From: a virus
Virus record (IMG/VR): IMGVR_UViG_3300035670_000022
Location: 32,001 to 96,000 of that record
Strand: one strand, 5' to 3'
Length of the DNA stretch: 64,000 nt
Position 1 is the stretch's first letter. Each line of letters opens with the position of its first letter. The position numbers and the translations under genes were made by a program. A model generated the notes under the pieces. That model worked only from the letters and a program-made list of their open reading frames with translations. It had not been told where the DNA came from and did not search any database. Below are positions 61,460 to 64,000 of the stretch, piece after piece.

Positions 61460-62251
61460 ATGACACAGTTGACTGTCCCGCAAACTTCTTTGTCTTATGA
61501 AGAGTTAAACGCTTTACTCCGCTTAGAGTTGAAAAAATCAGACAGTGGCTATCTATGTACGGTTAGGGGTCTAGCTCGATTATTAGGGCTTAGTGTTTCT
61601 ACTATCGTAGATTCTAGGAAACAGCAGAATGGTATACCAAGGGGTGTGCTCCGCCGTTTGTTTGAGTGTTCGCCTAGCATTTTGCCAGAATCGCTACAAC
61701 CTATATCAGGCTTTGATTACAGGAGTTCTGCGTTGTTAGGTAAGGCGAACACTCACACATATCTGTTACCTGAAGTTGTTGTTTCAGGTGTAATCAAGTT
61801 TTATGCGTATGATGCGCGTAAGCCAATTCAGCGAGCTAAGCAACTTGATTATATGCTGAGCGCTATAGGTATAAGAGCGTTGTTTGATAGAGTTATGTCT
61901 TCTGAGTCGTCTTCTTTTGCTGTAGCGGCATTAGAGGTGACTTCTCCTGCTACTGAGGATACGCCGTGTGACAAGTTACTTTATCTCATACAGAAGCTAG
62001 AGTCTTTAAGATTTAGGCGAGAAGAGATTGTTTCCATATTTCGTACGAATGGAGTCGTTCAGCAGGAGTCTGGAGGTAATAGTTCCTATCGTGGTGTAGT
62101 GCCACATAAGAAGAAGTGGCGGGCGCAAATTAATGTTAATGGTGCTACTAGAGTCATTGGTGGCTATGATACCGAAGAAGAGGCAGCTAGGGCATATGAT
62201 GCATATGCTAAGGTTTTGTACGGTTCTGCTGCAAAGTTGAATTTTTGTTGA
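61460..62251 (+). CDS. Antirepressor-like DNA-binding protein, paralog B, with C-terminal AP2 domain
   Basis: N-terminal domain as in 56516. SSYRGV...KWRAQI...IG.YDTEEEAARAYD...YG..AKLNF is an AP2 domain. Confidence 0.85.
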   Translation: MTQLTVPQTSLSYEELNALLRLELKKSDSGYLCTVRGLARLLGLSVSTIVDSRKQQNGIPRGVLRRLFECSPSILPESLQPISGFDYRSSALLGKANTHTYLLPEVVVSGVIKFYAYDARKPIQRAKQLDYMLSAIGIRALFDRVMSSESSSFAVAALEVTSPATEDTPCDKLLYLIQKLESLRFRREEIVSIFRTNGVVQQESGGNSSYRGVVPHKKKWRAQINVNGATRVIGGYDTEEEAARAYDAYAKVLYGSAAKLNFC

Positions 62252-62326
62252 TATCTGTTTATTGATTGTTGGTTAGACTTTTACACATCTATGTGTAGAA
62301 GTCTTTTTTTCTTTGTTTTGCGGCTG

Positions 62327-62340
62327 TACTCTTCTCTGTT
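62327..62340 (-). promoter_or_regulatory. Putative phage promoter AACAGAGAAGAGTA pointing leftwards
   Basis: Exact copy, intergenic, antisense to 61460..62251. Confidence 0.6.
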
Positions 62341-62392
62341 TTTGTTCTGTGCCGTTGTAAGCTAGGTGTAGTATTCTTTCTTTTTTCCGACT

Positions 62393-62827
62393 ATGGACGA
62401 ACAGTTATATAAGGGTTTATCGACTGTGCTTTGTTCTTTGCAGGTATATCGGATTAAGTTGTTAGGGTTTCACTGGAATTGTAGGGGGGACTCATTTTAC
62501 GCCACGCATTTGTTAATGGAGAGGGCGTATGAAGCGGTGGATGGATTCATTGACCGTTTAGCGGAGTGTCTTCGTAAGTTTGGAGTAGTTCCTGCGGCGT
62601 TATCTGTGTATGCGTCATGTAGTGTTATCAAGGATGAGTTGAGTGTGCCGTCTATTCCTAGCATGTTAGTTATGGCTTCGGAGGATGGGGCAGTTTTATT
62701 TGAGTTAGCGCAGAGTATTATCAGTGTTGCTTCGCAGTCTAAACAGGAGGGTGTTGTTAACTTATTAGGAGACTTATGTGAGACGTTAGATACAGTGGTA
62801 TATCTATTGAAGAGTGGGACGCTTTAG
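62393..62827 (+). CDS. dps: Dps-family ferritin-like protein
   Basis: FHWNCRGDSFYATHLLME..Y...IDRLAE ferroxidase signature. Confidence 0.88.
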   Translation: MDEQLYKGLSTVLCSLQVYRIKLLGFHWNCRGDSFYATHLLMERAYEAVDGFIDRLAECLRKFGVVPAALSVYASCSVIKDELSVPSIPSMLVMASEDGAVLFELAQSIISVASQSKQEGVVNLLGDLCETLDTVVYLLKSGTL

Positions 62828-62830
62828 GTT

Positions 62831-63976
62831 ATGGCGGAGTATGACTTTATAGATCCGAAGCACCCTAAGCTTGAGGATACGATGATCTGGGCGGAGATCT
62901 TGCCGTTTGATGTTATTCCGCAGATTGGTTATCTTAACGCCAAGTTTTATTCGGATCAGCAGTCTGCTGTTTATTACGATAGGAATAATGTTAATAGTTC
63001 TGTGGGGGGTGGGGTGTTGCGCACCCACAACAACTATTACATGACTTTAGCGGATTTACCGCTTAAGCTCCGAGCACGGGAGACGTTGGCGGATATGGAG
63101 ATCTATATAGATACACACACGTATGTTACAGGTACGCCGAGCATAACGAAATTTAGCACTGGTAAGGCTAGTCCTCCAATGGGGAACGGTTCGAGGTTAG
63201 AGCGATCTACATCTGTGCATGTATTTAAGGACATTCCGATACCCAAACCCAGCAATATGATTTGGGATGGCAGATTGCCATTTGCCATTAATACAGGAAG
63301 TATAGGAACGTCTTTAGCGTCTTCTATAGGTTCAGTGATTTTAGGGGGAGTTGGGGGTGCGTTAGGATCTGTTGCTGGGTCTTTATTTTCTGGGAGTATG
63401 GTGGAGGCTATTCGAAAGAAAGCGCGGGATGCGTTGGAGTCACCAAATCAAACGCCGTTTATCATATCTCACATAGGCGGGCTAGGGCATACAACTAAAG
63501 CGCCGGCTTTGAACAGGAATTATGACGAGTATGACAGAATCATGCGGAAGTGGTTAGAAGAGACTTACAACGGCTCTGGGATTCCTGCGTTGCCAGGTTT
63601 AGGGAGTATTTTACCAAGTGCTATTATGCAGATCCCTTTTTTAGACACTGATATTTTGTCTGGCACAGGATTTGTGGAGAAAGTGTTTTCCGGTGTTGCT
63701 GCAATTACGGACGGTCCGTATTTTACGGGGTGGAGTAATTTGAGTGTCTTTAAGGAGCTAGGCGAAGAGGTTCTTGACGGAGGATTAGATGCTATTACAA
63801 ATCCTATTTATGAAGTATTAAAGACAGGGTTAGAGGATTATACGTATAATCTGATTTCAGAGGTAGTGCCTCCTGTTGTTGGCGACCAGATACAGAAAGT
63901 TATTTCTCCTGGTATTGACACGGTGCTCGATTATGCACAAACCGGCACAGACATTATAGAGGGTCTATTTAAATGA
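62831..63976 (+). CDS. Hypothetical, probably structural, protein
   Basis: 381 aa with a Gly/Ser-rich central segment; coupled to dps. Confidence 0.65.
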   Translation: MAEYDFIDPKHPKLEDTMIWAEILPFDVIPQIGYLNAKFYSDQQSAVYYDRNNVNSSVGGGVLRTHNNYYMTLADLPLKLRARETLADMEIYIDTHTYVTGTPSITKFSTGKASPPMGNGSRLERSTSVHVFKDIPIPKPSNMIWDGRLPFAINTGSIGTSLASSIGSVILGGVGGALGSVAGSLFSGSMVEAIRKKARDALESPNQTPFIISHIGGLGHTTKAPALNRNYDEYDRIMRKWLEETYNGSGIPALPGLGSILPSAIMQIPFLDTDILSGTGFVEKVFSGVAAITDGPYFTGWSNLSVFKELGEEVLDGGLDAITNPIYEVLKTGLEDYTYNLISEVVPPVVGDQIQKVISPGIDTVLDYAQTGTDIIEGLFK

Positions 63977-64000
63977 GTTTACCTGTTGCTCAATTACACG

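Noticed and set aside
61116-61483. ORFs with LVGWLVDW / TNQSTNQ repeats
   Set aside because: Translations of the tandem DNA repeat; no RBS and no protein-like complexity.

Overview
This window is part of a large tailed dsDNA phage genome, probably a cyanophage. Host clues are a group-2-like sigma70, HU, Dps, PIN-PhoH and cyanophage-type tail proteins. Layout: (i) 1-5.6 kb, a minus-strand replication/recombination operon with a family-A DNA polymerase split into two genes around a small wHTH gene, plus RecA and a resolvase-like nuclease. (ii) 5.7-31.6 kb, tail, fibre and other structural genes, interrupted by a DUF3102/pseudo-methyltransferase gene and a sigma factor. (iii) 31.6-43.3 kb, minus-strand accessory genes (PhoH, HU, RNase H, small ORFs) and a ~1 kb structured non-coding cassette containing an atypical tRNA(CAT). 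(iv) 43.4-56.0 kb, a 4182-aa polyvalent protein. (v) 56-61 kb, small genes in repeated hairpin/leader modules. (vi) Two paralogous DNA-binding proteins, a tandem repeat and Dps. The best candidate for a new system is a self-contained transcription module. The giant protein carries both beta-like (DMKSRSVNK) and beta'-like (NRAP...GGDDDGD) motifs of two-barrel RNA polymerases, fused to SLOG, NADAR, AlkB, DUF4326 and Pif1-helicase domains. A 14-bp non-sigma70 motif (AACAGAGAAGAGTR) recurs in one orientation upstream of minus-strand genes, upstream of the ncRNA/tRNA cassette, and inside the giant gene ahead of an in-frame internal start. All family assignments are by-eye motif recognition; no searches were run.
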